A stretch of DNA of 62,930 bases, filler included, from Globobulimina sp. (taxonomy: Eukaryota), in the NCBI GenBank assembly GCA_003354225.1. It is 27 parts of 27 records of this genome, joined end to end, with 100 filler letters (N's around TTAATTAATTAA, not from the genome) between each part and the next. Parts side by side here need not be neighbours in the genome. Positions count along the whole stretch, not along the records: positions 49,037 to 51,269 come from PIVH01008011.1; positions 51,370 to 53,602 come from PIVH01008012.1; positions 53,703 to 55,934 come from PIVH01008013.1; positions 56,035 to 58,266 come from PIVH01008014.1; positions 58,367 to 60,598 come from PIVH01008015.1; positions 60,699 to 62,930 come from PIVH01008016.1; 21 more parts are not named here. One strand, given 5' to 3'. Position numbers and translations under genes: made by a program. This document shows positions 48,937 through 60,836 of this stretch, in pieces. The first letter of the stretch is position 1. The number at the start of each line of letters is the position of its first letter. The notes below the pieces were generated by a model. It was not told where the DNA came from. It saw only the letters and a list, made by a program, of their open reading frames with translations, and did not search any database.

Positions 48937-49533
48937 NNNNNNNNNNNNNNNNNNNNNNNNNNNNNNNNNNNNNNNNNNNNTTAATTAATTAANNNNNNNN
49001 NNNNNNNNNNNNNNNNNNNNNNNNNNNNNNNNNNNNTCAAAATATGAATCTTTTAATTGTGGTTTGAATAACCATCCGATAATAAAATACAATAACTGTA
49101 TTTTTGTGTTTATTATTCAATTATTACTATTTTTGAAACGGTGTGGTATTTTATTATTCAATATTTGGAATTTGAACACTCCCTTATACCAACTCCACCA
49201 TTTCGCCTTTAGAGTTTAGCATTTAAATTTGTCAATTTTGCATATTTTTTCAATTTTGGCCATTTTTAGGGAAATTGGCAAATTTGCAACAACAAAAAAT
49301 AAATTATATAAAATTAGCTAGAAATAAAGAAAAAAAAGCACACAAAAAACACAAGCTATCATACCACAGTATTTAATTTACAAATGGTATTTTTGGGAAC
49401 AAACGACCAAGATCAGATTAAAAAAAGTGATCAGTCATAACAAAAAAAAGCAAAACAGAGTGTAATATAAAACTGCAAAGCTATATAAAATTAATAATAT
49501 TTAATATAATACTAAAATATAAGAAATAATTTA

Positions 49534-51268
49534 TTAAATCATCATCATTCCATCTCTTTCTTTGTTTTTACCAATATTAACATTTTCAATATCGACTGTT
49601 TCCTGTCCTAATACCTCCGTTGACATTTCATCCATTTCATGTGATATCTCATCACGTTTTTCTTGCGGCGCAGCATCCAATGATCGTACATCTGCCATTT
49701 CTATAGAAATCTCAATATCGTTTTTATCCATTCTTCGATTCTTCCTTTGCACCCAGCAATATATAACAACAGCTAATAAAATACAGAAAAATAACAAAAT
49801 AAGTGTGTATACAACGACTGATACAGTGGTTCGAACCGCAAACAATGAATCACCAAATGCTCCTTCATCAACAACAGTGGCTGCATCCGCAACAGCAATC
49901 TGATTACAACGTAATTCCAATACAGCATTAATAGTATACAACTGATGATCCCTGGTCTCGCATAATGCATTGCTTTCCTCTGACACAGCAATACTAATTT
50001 TTAATGTCTGTCCAACATAAACAGGAGTCGAATACAATCGTGTATTTGTAAAACAACTTTCCATCTTTCCACATTCATTAGTCACGTCAGTGCGCGTCCC
50101 GCAGTCTGCTATCAATGTATCGTTGGCTTCGACTGTAATATATTCCGAAGGGCCGTCAACATCAACCTTTTCATATTGGAAAGTAAGTCGTGGATTACCA
50201 CAGTTATAGTCAGCAAATCTATATTCAACATTAATTAATGATATATCGCTGTCTTCATAATTTGTAACTGTGGTAGTGGTTAATTTTTCTGTTACAGTTT
50301 CATAATAACATTTATCAACTTTGCAGGATGAATCAGTTGGAGACGATGTTGGAATCGCTGTTGGATTCGTGGTTGGTTCCGTGGTTGGTTCCGTGGTCGG
50401 AATCGCTGTAGGAATTACTGTTGGATTCGTGGTTGGTTCAATACTGGGGATTGTTGTTGGTATTGCGGTTGGATTATTTGTCTCTGCTCCACAATGTAAT
50501 TTTGCACCGGCATTTATTGAATATGCTGAATGGTTGTTATTTTCGCACAGTGCATTGACGAAATTGGATTGTATTATCGTGATTTGATAGGTTGAATTCT
50601 CATCAATTGAATCAATATCTAATTTATATTCTGATAAACATCCAGCAAACACACCACATACATTGCTAACATTACCACCACAGTTTCTTAGTAAAGTATC
50701 ATTATCGTCATAAATGAGTAGATATTCCATATTCGAGTCATAATCAATCTGTTTTAATATTATGTTACGCAGATGTTTCTATATACACTAATTCACAATA
50801 CTTAACTCGTTCGTATTCAAAAGAAAACCGAGGCTTTTGGCAGGGCGCACCAATGATATTATAACAAATTCCCAACGATTTAGCAGTGTTATCATTAATA
50901 TTGTTAATGACAGTATTGGTGGTTACTTGTTCATAGTTAGAACCTATCGCATCTACAGAATAACAAACATCCGAGCTACATTCGCATGGATTTGTTGTTG
51001 TCGGCGTGTCCATTGTTGTTGACATATCCATCCATGGATCGAAGGTGGATGACATATTAATATCGATGGTTGGCATTTCTGTGGGAATCGAATTGCCACC
51101 GCATTGAGTGGAGTTTTTCGGTGTTTCTGTATATGATAGCAACGAATTCGAACAATTTTGCACATCACTCCGTATTTCACAACTTTGATAATTGGCACAT
51201 TGTTCATCAGAATACCTTAAGATTTCAGCACCAAATGATGAATTTAAACGACTGTCATCAAATATATT
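49534..51268 (-). CDS. Type I membrane protein with tandem Cys-containing domains and PT-rich linkers; 5'-partial (intron 50749-50806)
   Basis: Two copies of CxxPR..F.YE..D.D..EY...CG...CG...C...NALC...Y.INA.L.C, a PTxx repeat and a TM segment near the C-terminus. Confidence 0.8.
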
Positions 51269-51370
51269 CNNNNNNNNNNNNNNNNNNNNNNNNNNNNNNN
51301 NNNNNNNNNNNNNTTAATTAATTAANNNNNNNNNNNNNNNNNNNNNNNNNNNNNNNNNNNNNNNNNNNNA

Positions 51371-51520
51371 TGGGCTCTTGTTATGTTTTTATTTGAATTT
51401 GAGGAGCATAACATTTCACGTTCTTTAGCTGCGTCTATGAGGTATTTGTATCATAACGAAATGAAAAAGCCATTGAATATCAATCAAATCTGGAAATGGA
51501 TCACTACTTCGTCTGTTTAA
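51371..51520 (+). CDS. PXMP4: 3' fragment of peroxisomal membrane protein 4
   Basis: WALVMFLFE..NISRSLAASMRYLY matches the PXMP4 C-terminal pattern. Confidence 0.7.
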   Translation, partial: WALVMFLFEFEEHNISRSLAASMRYLYHNEMKKPLNINQIWKWITTSSV

Positions 51521-51638
51521 GCACTTTAAACGTGAAAAAACATAATTAAATTACTTCCTTAATTTAAATATAAAATATATATATTCCGCATGGTTTCTTA
51601 TTTTCCACTAAAAAACTAGCTAGCTCTCAACAGCAATC

Positions 51639-52739
51639 ATGGGCACTTGTTGTGTTGATGCAAACACCAAATATATCGAGTCTAAGATGCGAGAAAATGA
51701 ACAGTTGGAGAAAGTGCAAAATAAACTACTTTTTTTAGGTCCAGGAGGTTCAGGTAAGAGCACCATATTTAAGCAGTTACAATGGTTGCATGGAGGCGGG
51801 TTCTCTGAAGAAGACGCGCGTTCACTAAAAGAACAAATACATAATCAAATCATATCGCAAATGCAACAGGCAATAAAACACTATTTAAACAATGATGAGA
51901 CAGAGACAAAAGTGGCCGATGATGAATTGCAAAACGCCATTGATACCATAAAGAAATGTAACGATATGACCACTTTACCCGGAGATGTCGCAACGTGCAT
52001 CAAATATATTTGGCAAAACGATGTTCGATTAGATGGAATATTTAAAGTGCAAGAAAAATCTGCTGCGAAGGTATTGGACGAAACAACTGAGTACTTTTGG
52101 AACTCAATGGACCGGATAACGGATGAAGATTATATCCCAAATAAGCAGGATATCATAAATGTGCGTTATCGAACCACTGGCATTGTACAGAAACGATTTG
52201 AAATAAATAATGCAAAATTTCATATTTTTGATGTTGGCGGACAAAAATCAGAGCGGAAGAAATGGATCACATGCTTCGATAATGTAAAAGCTGTGGTTTT
52301 TGTCGTGTCGTTGGCCTGTTATAATGAGTTAATGTTCGAAGACGAAAATAGAAATTGCATGGTTGACTCAATCGAATTATTCGATAAAACAGTAAATATT
52401 TCACAGTTTAGCAGGACGCCAATTATCTTATTTTTAAACAAAATGGATTTATTTGAGGTGAAAATAAAAACGTTACCCATTACAGTCTGCCCTTCGTTCA
52501 CTGATTTTAATGAGTTTAAGAATGAAGACGTAGTCACCAATGATCCCAACAATTATGATCAAACTACATTTTATATTAAAGAGAAATTTAAAGCAATAAA
52601 TCAACAAACCCAAGCACTATTTGTTCATGTAACGTGCGCTTTTAATGACAATAATATTGCCCACGTCTTTAACGCTGTTACGCAAATTGTATTGTCCATT
52701 AATTTAAAAAAGGTTGGCATCACTGATCCCAATTTGTGA
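51639..52739 (+). CDS. Heterotrimeric G-protein alpha subunit, complete and intronless
   Basis: MGTCC, GPGGSGKST, RYRTTGI, DVGGQKSERKKW, NKMD, TCA. Confidence 0.95.
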   Translation: MGTCCVDANTKYIESKMRENEQLEKVQNKLLFLGPGGSGKSTIFKQLQWLHGGGFSEEDARSLKEQIHNQIISQMQQAIKHYLNNDETETKVADDELQNAIDTIKKCNDMTTLPGDVATCIKYIWQNDVRLDGIFKVQEKSAAKVLDETTEYFWNSMDRITDEDYIPNKQDIINVRYRTTGIVQKRFEINNAKFHIFDVGGQKSERKKWITCFDNVKAVVFVVSLACYNELMFEDENRNCMVDSIELFDKTVNISQFSRTPIILFLNKMDLFEVKIKTLPITVCPSFTDFNEFKNEDVVTNDPNNYDQTTFYIKEKFKAINQQTQALFVHVTCAFNDNNIAHVFNAVTQIVLSINLKKVGITDPNL

Positions 52740-53120
52740 TCTGATATCGATCCAATCGATTCTATTTCTTATATAATTGTTTTTTTTTAATTAAATTTTT
52801 TGATGTAAAAACTCTTTTCTCTGCGTATCGTTGTTTTTTGTTTTTTTTTTGAAAAGCACTGTTTTTTTGAATATTTCTATTATATTTTTATATGAACGGG
52901 CGAATCAATGGGTTTTGTTACATTGTTGCGTTTCTGATATATACAGATTACAGACTGTTTTGTAGAAACGACTTAGTAGAAAATGAAATCATAAGAATCG
53001 CACTATAGGGGCAACTATAGTGAAACTACAAGGTTACTTGAAAGGTTTTCACAGAACGCGATAACCGCTGTAATGTGTGTCAGTTTGGATAAAAAAGATA
53101 TCGAAAACCTGTTTTGTGTC

Positions 53121-53602
53121 ATGTCGTCGTCGTCGCCACCACCAAACAAAAAAATAAGATTGTCGCCATCAGAAGAAATACAAAACACAGAACCAACATT
53201 GCCACCCACAACAATAAACAACATCTCCTCTGAAAACACAAACCAACCTGAAACAAAACCATTCAATGAAAAATCATATTACGTCGAAAAATTCGAAATG
53301 AAAAATGCCAATTTTGAAAAATATTATAAAAAACAAAACATTATCTCCGATCCAGATGAATGGAATCTATTTATAAAAACACTTCAAACAGAATTACCGA
53401 CATCGTTCCGTTTTAATCCTGCATCAAAACTGCATTCTGTTTATAAACAAAGACTATTAAACGATTATTATCAGCTCAAAAAGTTAAAAAAACAAAAAAA
53501 AAAAAGAATTTTCTTGATTTTTAAAAAACATTTCTTACTGACTTTCTAGTAAGGTTCATTTGTTTAATTTTTCTACAAAGCTGAGTCCTATACCGTTGTT
53601 CC
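53121..53602 (+). CDS. NSUN2: tRNA m5C methyltransferase NSUN2/Trm4, 5' part
   Basis: NANFEKYYKKQNII..EWNLFIKTLQTELPTSFRF. Confidence 0.75.
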
Positions 53603-53704
53603 NNNNNNNNNNNNNNNNNNNNNNNNNNNNNNNNNNNNNNNNNNNNTTAATTAATTAANNNNNNNNNNNNNNNNNNNNNNNNNNNNNNNNNNNNNNNNNN
53701 NNTA

Positions 53705-54835
53705 AATTATCCAGAAAATCTAATTATAAAATCAGAATATGACAAGCATATGAATGAGATATGTATGCATACGAAGGACGGCGACGTCGACAAGAATATA
53801 TTTAAAACTAATGATGAAATCATGGCACTTTATTCATTCGATGGCCATTTGTATCCGGGATACATTTTGATTATGGCACCAAACAAAGTTTACGTAATAT
53901 ATGATGCCTGGTATCATTGTGAATGGTTAAATTATTCCGAAATACTCACTATATCCACATACAACAAAATGAATAAAATCAATGTCAACAATGAACTGTT
54001 CGTTTCCCGACAAATGCAGAAATATAAGGACAATGCATTCAACATCACAAGTTTGTTAAATCGGAATAAGTCATATCTGTCATCCCAAACTAAAATAGCA
54101 GTATTAAATAAAATGTACATGGATGAAATCCCAGCCTTTCGGGACCAATTTTCAACTCCGTTATATTGGATATCATCGCGTTTACGGAACAGCGTTAATA
54201 ATTGGAACGGCAAAGAAGCAGTAAATTTATCATTGGTTATAAGCGAAATGGAAAAGTTAATACAAAATGGTGCAGTGTTGTACGTTGAATATAATGTTGA
54301 AAATACCAATGATTTGGTGTATGAAATACCTGGATATACTGGCTTATCATTAAAACATTTGATGAATATTTATTTTGACATGAAAAATAATAATATCTAT
54401 TTCCATATAAACGAAGCGGAGATTATTAATATGATACACAGATTGTTGCATGCCATGCATGGCAATGATGTGAATAAAATTGAATACCACCAAGACACAA
54501 AAAAAACAGTGATTTATGATATAAAAAATACAGCAATATGTTTGAAACCAAATGATTTGTATTGGGATGTTGATGGTAAACAGCAGCCACTGAGCAGTTT
54601 GTCAGATGGACTGATTATAGAATTATTTTGGAATGGTGTATTGTATGATGACTATGGTTGTTATTGGTGGCTTGAAGGTGGTTCTTATTCACGATTGAAA
54701 AGATTATATCAGTTTACATATGATACATATTTGAATGAATTAATAAAAATATTCAAACAACTTAAATTGATTGATATTCTCAAGGATATTGTTCAAATCA
54801 TCTTTGATAATCTGTTGGATGCGACACTTTGTTAA
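53705..54835 (+). CDS. Tudor-domain protein, 5'-partial
   Basis: IMALYSFDGHLYPGYI...VYVIYDAW..EW aromatic-cage pattern; the rest is unrecognised. Confidence 0.6.
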   Translation, partial: NYPENLIIKSEYDKHMNEICMHTKDGDVDKNIFKTNDEIMALYSFDGHLYPGYILIMAPNKVYVIYDAWYHCEWLNYSEILTISTYNKMNKINVNNELFVSRQMQKYKDNAFNITSLLNRNKSYLSSQTKIAVLNKMYMDEIPAFRDQFSTPLYWISSRLRNSVNNWNGKEAVNLSLVISEMEKLIQNGAVLYVEYNVENTNDLVYEIPGYTGLSLKHLMNIYFDMKNNNIYFHINEAEIINMIHRLLHAMHGNDVNKIEYHQDTKKTVIYDIKNTAICLKPNDLYWDVDGKQQPLSSLSDGLIIELFWNGVLYDDYGCYWWLEGGSYSRLKRLYQFTYDTYLNELIKIFKQLKLIDILKDIVQIIFDNLLDATLC

Positions 54836-54889
54836 TCACATAACTGTTAATCAGGCTGGGAAATTGCAACCTGATTAGTTACATCAGTG

Positions 54890-55617
54890 ATGCACCATAA
54901 CCATGTAAGAAAGCACTACTTATATGTTTTTAATTATATATATGATACGCCATAATAATAAGCTCTAGTTAATATCTAATCTCCTAATTATAAATCGATC
55001 AGATATCAAATCAGCTTTTATCAAAATCGCCAAATATCACATGCATTTCAACCAATTCCAGCAGTCAGAGTCAGAGACCAAGCAAACCTCCAATTCCTTC
55101 TAATTATAATACAAATATCCAACTCCAAGCCACAAAAAAACATAATTTGCCACCGGGATTAACAAATTATATTAATACAATTCAGCAAAACAACCATATG
55201 CACAGATTACAGGCGATTAAACACCGCTTATTATCGGCGACGAAAGCAATGGAGCCGCAGTTAGCCAATACGATGACATGTATGTTATTAGAAACACATC
55301 AGAATGAAAACGATTTGTTATATTTGTTGTCGCATAAAAACGTATTAACAAACAACATCAATCAAATTAAAATTAATTTAAAACAACAATTATTCAAAAA
55401 AATACAAGTCATACAACCAAACTGTGCACCACAATTAACACAGATACTGTTCCATCAATTAAATGATAATAATTTTAACTGCACATTATTATGTAACAAA
55501 CGACTGTTAACCATCAAAGTAAAAGAATTAATGAAGATATTCTTACAAAATGCGAAAGCAATCAAATCCTATAAAAGTGTAACGAATTCGAACCAATCAA
55601 TTCCATTAAGTGAATGA
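54890..55617 (+). CDS. Small protein with two MLLE/PABC-like domains (putative intron 54905-55002)
   Basis: IKHRL..EPQLANTMTCMLLE..LLYLL and LKQQLFKKIQ..QPNCAPQLTQILF..LL..L..KVKE. Confidence 0.62.
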
Positions 55618-56036
55618 CAGTCCTTGCAATAACAAGAAGTGCTCATTTACGCATAACAGCGAGGAGAGGATATTTGCATAGTGTTAAAATATTGGCTGTT
55701 AAAGATTTGTAGTCAAAACACACAGTTTTTTAATTGTTAACCTTAACCATTCTTACTCCATTACTACTCCTCAAACCTACTCAACTACTCGGCGAACCTA
55801 AACCATTAAAATAAACCACAAACTATCCTATATTACAGACATCAGACATCCAATACAAATTTTTAATGATGTTGTCATTGTTGTATTGACTCAGGTACGG
55901 CACCAATCAAAGCAATGAAATACGTCCAAACATCNNNNNNNNNNNNNNNNNNNNNNNNNNNNNNNNNNNNNNNNNNNNTTAATTAATTAANNNNNNNNNN
56001 NNNNNNNNNNNNNNNNNNNNNNNNNNNNNNNNNNGA

Positions 56037-56600
56037 TTTAGTATAAAAGCGGCAGAGATAATGTGTTTATTATTTGAATCTGATAAATCGATCCCATTAT
56101 ATATTGAGGATACATTTAATATGTTCAGATTTAGTAAAAAAACATTAAATATAAATTTGTATTCACTTAATGAATATCCCTCAGTTTTACAAGATTTGAT
56201 TGTGGAGTCATCATATTCTGTGGGTGAGGATAAAGATAATATGTCATATAAAGAGATTATTGGCGGCAGGAATTTATTGAAGAGTAGTTTGATAAATTTA
56301 TTTCCAAATTTGGATCATATTGTTATTCAATGTACGCGTGGTGATGGATGGTCTTCATCTCAATTTTCATTATGTGGTTTATTGGATATTTTAAGTGAAA
56401 CAAGAAAAAGAAATAAAATAAAATGTTCATTATATGGCGTATGGAAGGATAATAAAGAAAAACGAAGTTGGTTATATTTTGTATATTCATCAATCTCATC
56501 ATCGTTAAATATTAAATATCCAAATATTAAAATATCAATGCAACAAACAAGTGATTATAGTGGTGATAGAAATGATTTATTAATTTTCGATTGTGTGTGA
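56037..56600 (+). CDS. 3' part of a hypothetical protein
   Basis: Open from the contig start; no motif recognised. Confidence 0.55.
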   Translation, partial: FSIKAAEIMCLLFESDKSIPLYIEDTFNMFRFSKKTLNINLYSLNEYPSVLQDLIVESSYSVGEDKDNMSYKEIIGGRNLLKSSLINLFPNLDHIVIQCTRGDGWSSSQFSLCGLLDILSETRKRNKIKCSLYGVWKDNKEKRSWLYFVYSSISSSLNIKYPNIKISMQQTSDYSGDRNDLLIFDCV

Positions 56601-57616
56601 TTGTTAATATAGATAATGTCACTTGGACCGTGTGCTAATTTACAGGAAGCTTTCTTGCATTTTCCTTGATAATAATTGCCACACAATACTGCCTTCTCAA
56701 TATTGCCTCCCTTTAAACAACGTTGGATGATACACACCGCTGTCAAAAAACCCGCGGCCATTTTTACGTTTTCATCCCAAACACCTCCGTGGTTCAAGTT
56801 GCATGTCACTCTGTGAATAAAACGCATTTTTCTGAGTATCCCATCATTTAAATTCAAAACCAATTTAACTTTTTTATTATCATTGAGCATTTTCAAAATC
56901 CCTCCTATATTTCCCATGTGTTTGACTTTAATTTTTTTCTCAACACACATTGATCTGATTATTGACACAATATGTTTGCAGCTTACATTTGTTATTTCGA
57001 AAACATTCGGATTTATATTACTGTCCAATTGAGATTTTGCCGGCAGAATGAAATCAGTTTTAATCACGGACCGCATGAAGGTTCCTCTTTGCTGAAATGA
57101 CAATGCATTGCATGAAACATCATATGATTCAGCAAATTGCGGATCTGTTCCATGGCTTTGGCCGCCTCGAATTGCCGCAAAGTTATCAAATTGTTATGTT
57201 TGAGGTTTTGAGCCAACCGATTTATAATACGTTTTTTTAATTTTTTAATTTTCCCTGAATTTTGTCGACGAATATCTTCCAACTTTTTCTCTATCCGACA
57301 ATAACAATGATTTACCAGCGCAAAATCGTTGGCATTCTGGAGACCGATCAATGCAATGAATGTTTCTATGTGGTGTTGACTGATTTGCTTGTTTTTTATA
57401 ACGTTCTTTGCCATTTGCATTCTCAATCCATTCAATCAAAACATTTTGTTGGTTGTTGTTTACGTTGTGCATCGTCTTGAATATTGATGCAAAATGATTT
57501 ATTCTTTTTTTCCATTGATTGGAAAAATCGAGAGATGCCAACCAATCAACCAATTCATCATTGTCCTCTTTGTTTGATTCTTCTCTTCGGTATCGTTCAT
57601 TTTGTGGTTCCAACAA
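56555..57616 (-). pseudogene. Gene with C-terminal CCCH zinc finger broken by two compensating frameshifts
   Basis: Three overlapping ORFs, of which the first and third share a frame; CGNYYQGKCKKASCKLAH. Confidence 0.5.
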
Positions 57617-57675
57617 ATTTATAATTATTCAGTTGTACTTTCACCAAAACTTGAGCTAAAACTTTTGCAAAATGT

Positions 57676-58266
57676 ATGAGTAACTCCAGCATGCACAACA
57701 AAACAAGACCTGTGATGATTGTCGTTTGCTTTTTTATTATAGCTGCAATGTGTAATTCTGTTCAATTGAATCAAATTAAAAATGATAAACAAGAGTTGAC
57801 ATTAGAAGCTTATGAAGTGGCCTCAGAGGACATTATGCATCAAATTGAGGAAGAAGCACTACATTACATTGATTACAACAAGAAACAAGAAAGAACTGAA
57901 TCTGTTTTTTCATTTGGAGCAGACAACAATGCCATTAATGATGCGGAGATAGCTAGTTGCAGCAGTTAAGAGTGTTACATATGGACAAATCACTTGATAT
58001 TTTCCTTACATATACAGCGGATTCAAACCATTGCCATCCATCCAGAAAATGCAATATGTTTTGTAATTGTAATATTGAAATGGAAGATGGATATGTTTAT
58101 AATATGGCTGTTGTAACGGATTTTGTGTTTACAATTACACAGAAATCATTTGTTTGGCCAACAGAATACGAATATAATGTAACATTTTGTAGAAATAATG
58201 TTGTTTATGATCGCAATAAATGTGGTTTTGCGGCCAGTATTACTCAGTATGAGACTGCAAATTATC
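57676..58266 (+). CDS. Secreted or lumenal protein, possibly MRH (mannose-6-phosphate receptor homology)-like; 3'-partial (intron 57965-58017)
   Basis: Signal/TM segment; YEYNVTFCR..KCG..ASITQY pattern. Confidence 0.45.
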
Positions 58267-58366
58267 NNNNNNNNNNNNNNNNNNNNNNNNNNNNNNNNNN
58301 NNNNNNNNNNTTAATTAATTAANNNNNNNNNNNNNNNNNNNNNNNNNNNNNNNNNNNNNNNNNNNN

Positions 58367-59094
58367 ATTCCGGTCAATAATAACACAGCAAATGTTGATA
58401 ATAAACAATTTTTAAGCTTGTTTGACCAAATTAATATGTGATAAAACGGAGGCAACATAAATAATGCACATAATCCGCTAACAATGCATACAAATAACCA
58501 ACCAATTTTTGCTGTGTTATAAATTGAAATGTCATGTTGTGGAACAAAATTATTTGAATTGTCTCTAAATGTCGATTTGTTAAGATAATGAATGTAAACT
58601 ATAATCCATAACAATGTGCTAGCAAATATAAGCAAATTAAAGGTGAGTAGTCTCATTCTAACGTTTCCGCACAAATTGCAAAAAACATCAAGTGCGATTA
58701 TTATAGGTGTGAGATCACCAAACATTTGAGTTGCAATATAACCAAAATGACAATATGGCACACCACGATCTGATTGGAATATTGTATCTTGTGTATGTTT
58801 ACAAAAATTATTGCTGTTAAGACCGGTTGCAATGCATAATAATATGCCTCCAGCCAAAAACAATACGGATATAATTGTTCTCACACATTGTAAATGATTT
58901 GTTACATGATACCATTGCTTTGAAAATGAACAAATAACTGCAGTCAATACAAATACATGCCCAATAATTGAAATTTTTAAATTCATTTCATCATAACGTG
59001 TTAAATTATTTATTTGTGCATTGAATAATTGATTGATTGTAATCATCAATGTCGGAATTACATACATAAACAATACAAAGTTCAGCAATGGCAT
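58367..59094 (-). CDS. Multi-pass membrane protein, 3'-partial
   Basis: At least six hydrophobic segments. Confidence 0.65.
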
Positions 59095-59277
59095 TCAGAC
59101 ATAGCTATAATCCATGCTAAGAGAAGCAAATGTAGATTTTCTTCGTCTATCTACATGTTGTAATAATGGAAATACCCTATTATCATCGTCAAACGATCTC
59201 ATATTCTCCGCTGGCTCGCACTTCAAAAATAATGTTTGCACTATTTTCAGTTCAAAATCTACTTAAGCAAAAGCAAC

Positions 59278-60204
59278 ATGGCAAACTATCTTCCACCAAA
59301 AGATGCAGCTATATCGATTGCATGCAGTCATTTTGTCTCTTCTAAAAACTTTCTGATATGGAGAACAATCGTATGCATTTATTTTTGGATCGTCTTTATC
59401 TGGACTCAAATTCAATATAATATTTCGTCTGCAGTTGGTAAAAATTTGATATATTTGACACAGTGGACTGTAATTATATGTACAATTTATATGACATTAT
59501 CATTGTATGTCTCCTACATTCATTATAAGAATATCAATGATGGCAGTCATATTCGATGCGCTCGTTATTGTAGTTTTGCAGAAAAAGTTCAATGTTTAGC
59601 AGCAGCCGGATCGGTAACAGTGGTTATTGCATTTTGGAGTTTATTGTGGCAGTTTGCAGATATGAGTGACCCATTAAATATCCAGGCACATGGTACTATG
59701 ATGGTTTTTACAATTATTGATTTTTATTCATGTTATTCAATTATTAAATTTAAATCAACAGTTTGGTATATCATTGTATTTGATTTGATATACATTATTT
59801 GGAGTGTAATATATCAATTTATCGCGGATGACACAATATATCCGGTGTTAGATTGGAAAAAAGAGCCACTCGCTGCAACTATTGTTAATTTCTTATTTAC
59901 TTTTCTTATTTCTTTACAACACATTACATTACACAAAGAATAAAAAAAATAAAAAAAAATAAAGGTTGCAGTTGGTGTAGCAGTATTATCGGTGCTTACT
60001 CATTTATTCTTATGTTGGAGTAATAGAAAATTATTATCGAAAATAGGATATCGTTGTGATGACGCACTGCTTAGTATTCCGCTCTCTGAAAGTATGCATG
60101 TTGTTGAGTCTCATGATGAAAATGCTGGAGGATCAAATATCGCAATTCCAAGCTATGGAATACAGCCACAAAAGAATGGTATAGTCACAAATAACTGTGT
60201 TTAA
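59278..60204 (+). CDS. FAR-17a/AIG1/rolling-stone-family membrane protein (intron 59884-59964)
   Basis: YLTQWT, FWSLL, QAHG, IYPVLDW. Confidence 0.8.
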
Positions 60205-60219
60205 CACGTATGGTTTGCA

Positions 60220-60380
60220 TCTTGGTTCAGAATCCCGCCTCTTGTGGTATATTGGCCATATTATAGCCACCTAATGTATTAAAGCCCCTTGAATTATATT
60301 ATACTAAGCCCTTAAGCTATAGTCACTGAACATCCTCTAGTCACACTTCAAGGAGCCTCTCTGTATAACTCTTGGTTCAG
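60220..60380. mobile_element. 139-bp intergenic segment flanked by 11-bp direct repeats (possible TSD)
   Basis: TCTTGGTTCAG at 60220-60230 and 60370-60380. Confidence 0.45.
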
Positions 60381-60427
60381 TGCTGCAGTAGATTTCATAT
60401 CTTGAGGTAAGTGTGTTTTTTAAAGTA

Positions 60428-60598
60428 ATGGCCGAACTTTTGGAAACCAAAGAAAATGCTTTAAGCATTCAAATTGCATCTGATTTGCATTTAGAATTCC
60501 CCGGCACTTATGATAAAATGAAAACAATTGTGCCTGAATCCCCCGTGTTAGCATTGTGCGGAGATATATGTTGGTCTCAAAAAGAAACATATGTTACA
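60428..60598 (+). CDS. Calcineurin-like metallophosphoesterase, 5' part
   Basis: IQIASDLHLEF and LALCGDI. Confidence 0.8.
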
Positions 60599-60836
60599 NN
60601 NNNNNNNNNNNNNNNNNNNNNNNNNNNNNNNNNNNNNNNNNNTTAATTAATTAANNNNNNNNNNNNNNNNNNNNNNNNNNNNNNNNNNNNNNNNNNNNGT
60701 GTGATAGCAATTGTATTCATTATCAATGTAAATCTTCTACAATCGATACAACAGCCACGCACGGATTACTTCTTCAGAAGTAATGAAACAACTGCGTACT
60801 TAGAAATATTTCAGTTTTAATAATTTTACAAAAACG

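Noticed and set aside
60231-60275. Possible HDV-like ribozyme
   Set aside because: A P3/L3-like stretch exists, but no P1 or P2 partner strands could be found.
2237-60698. Regularly spaced TTAATTAATTAA motif and ~2.33-kb periodicity (CRISPR-like array or nanochromosomes)
   Set aside because: The motif always sits inside 44-N pads, contigs are sorted by length, and genes are cut at the edges with no telomeric repeats. It is a concatenation artefact.
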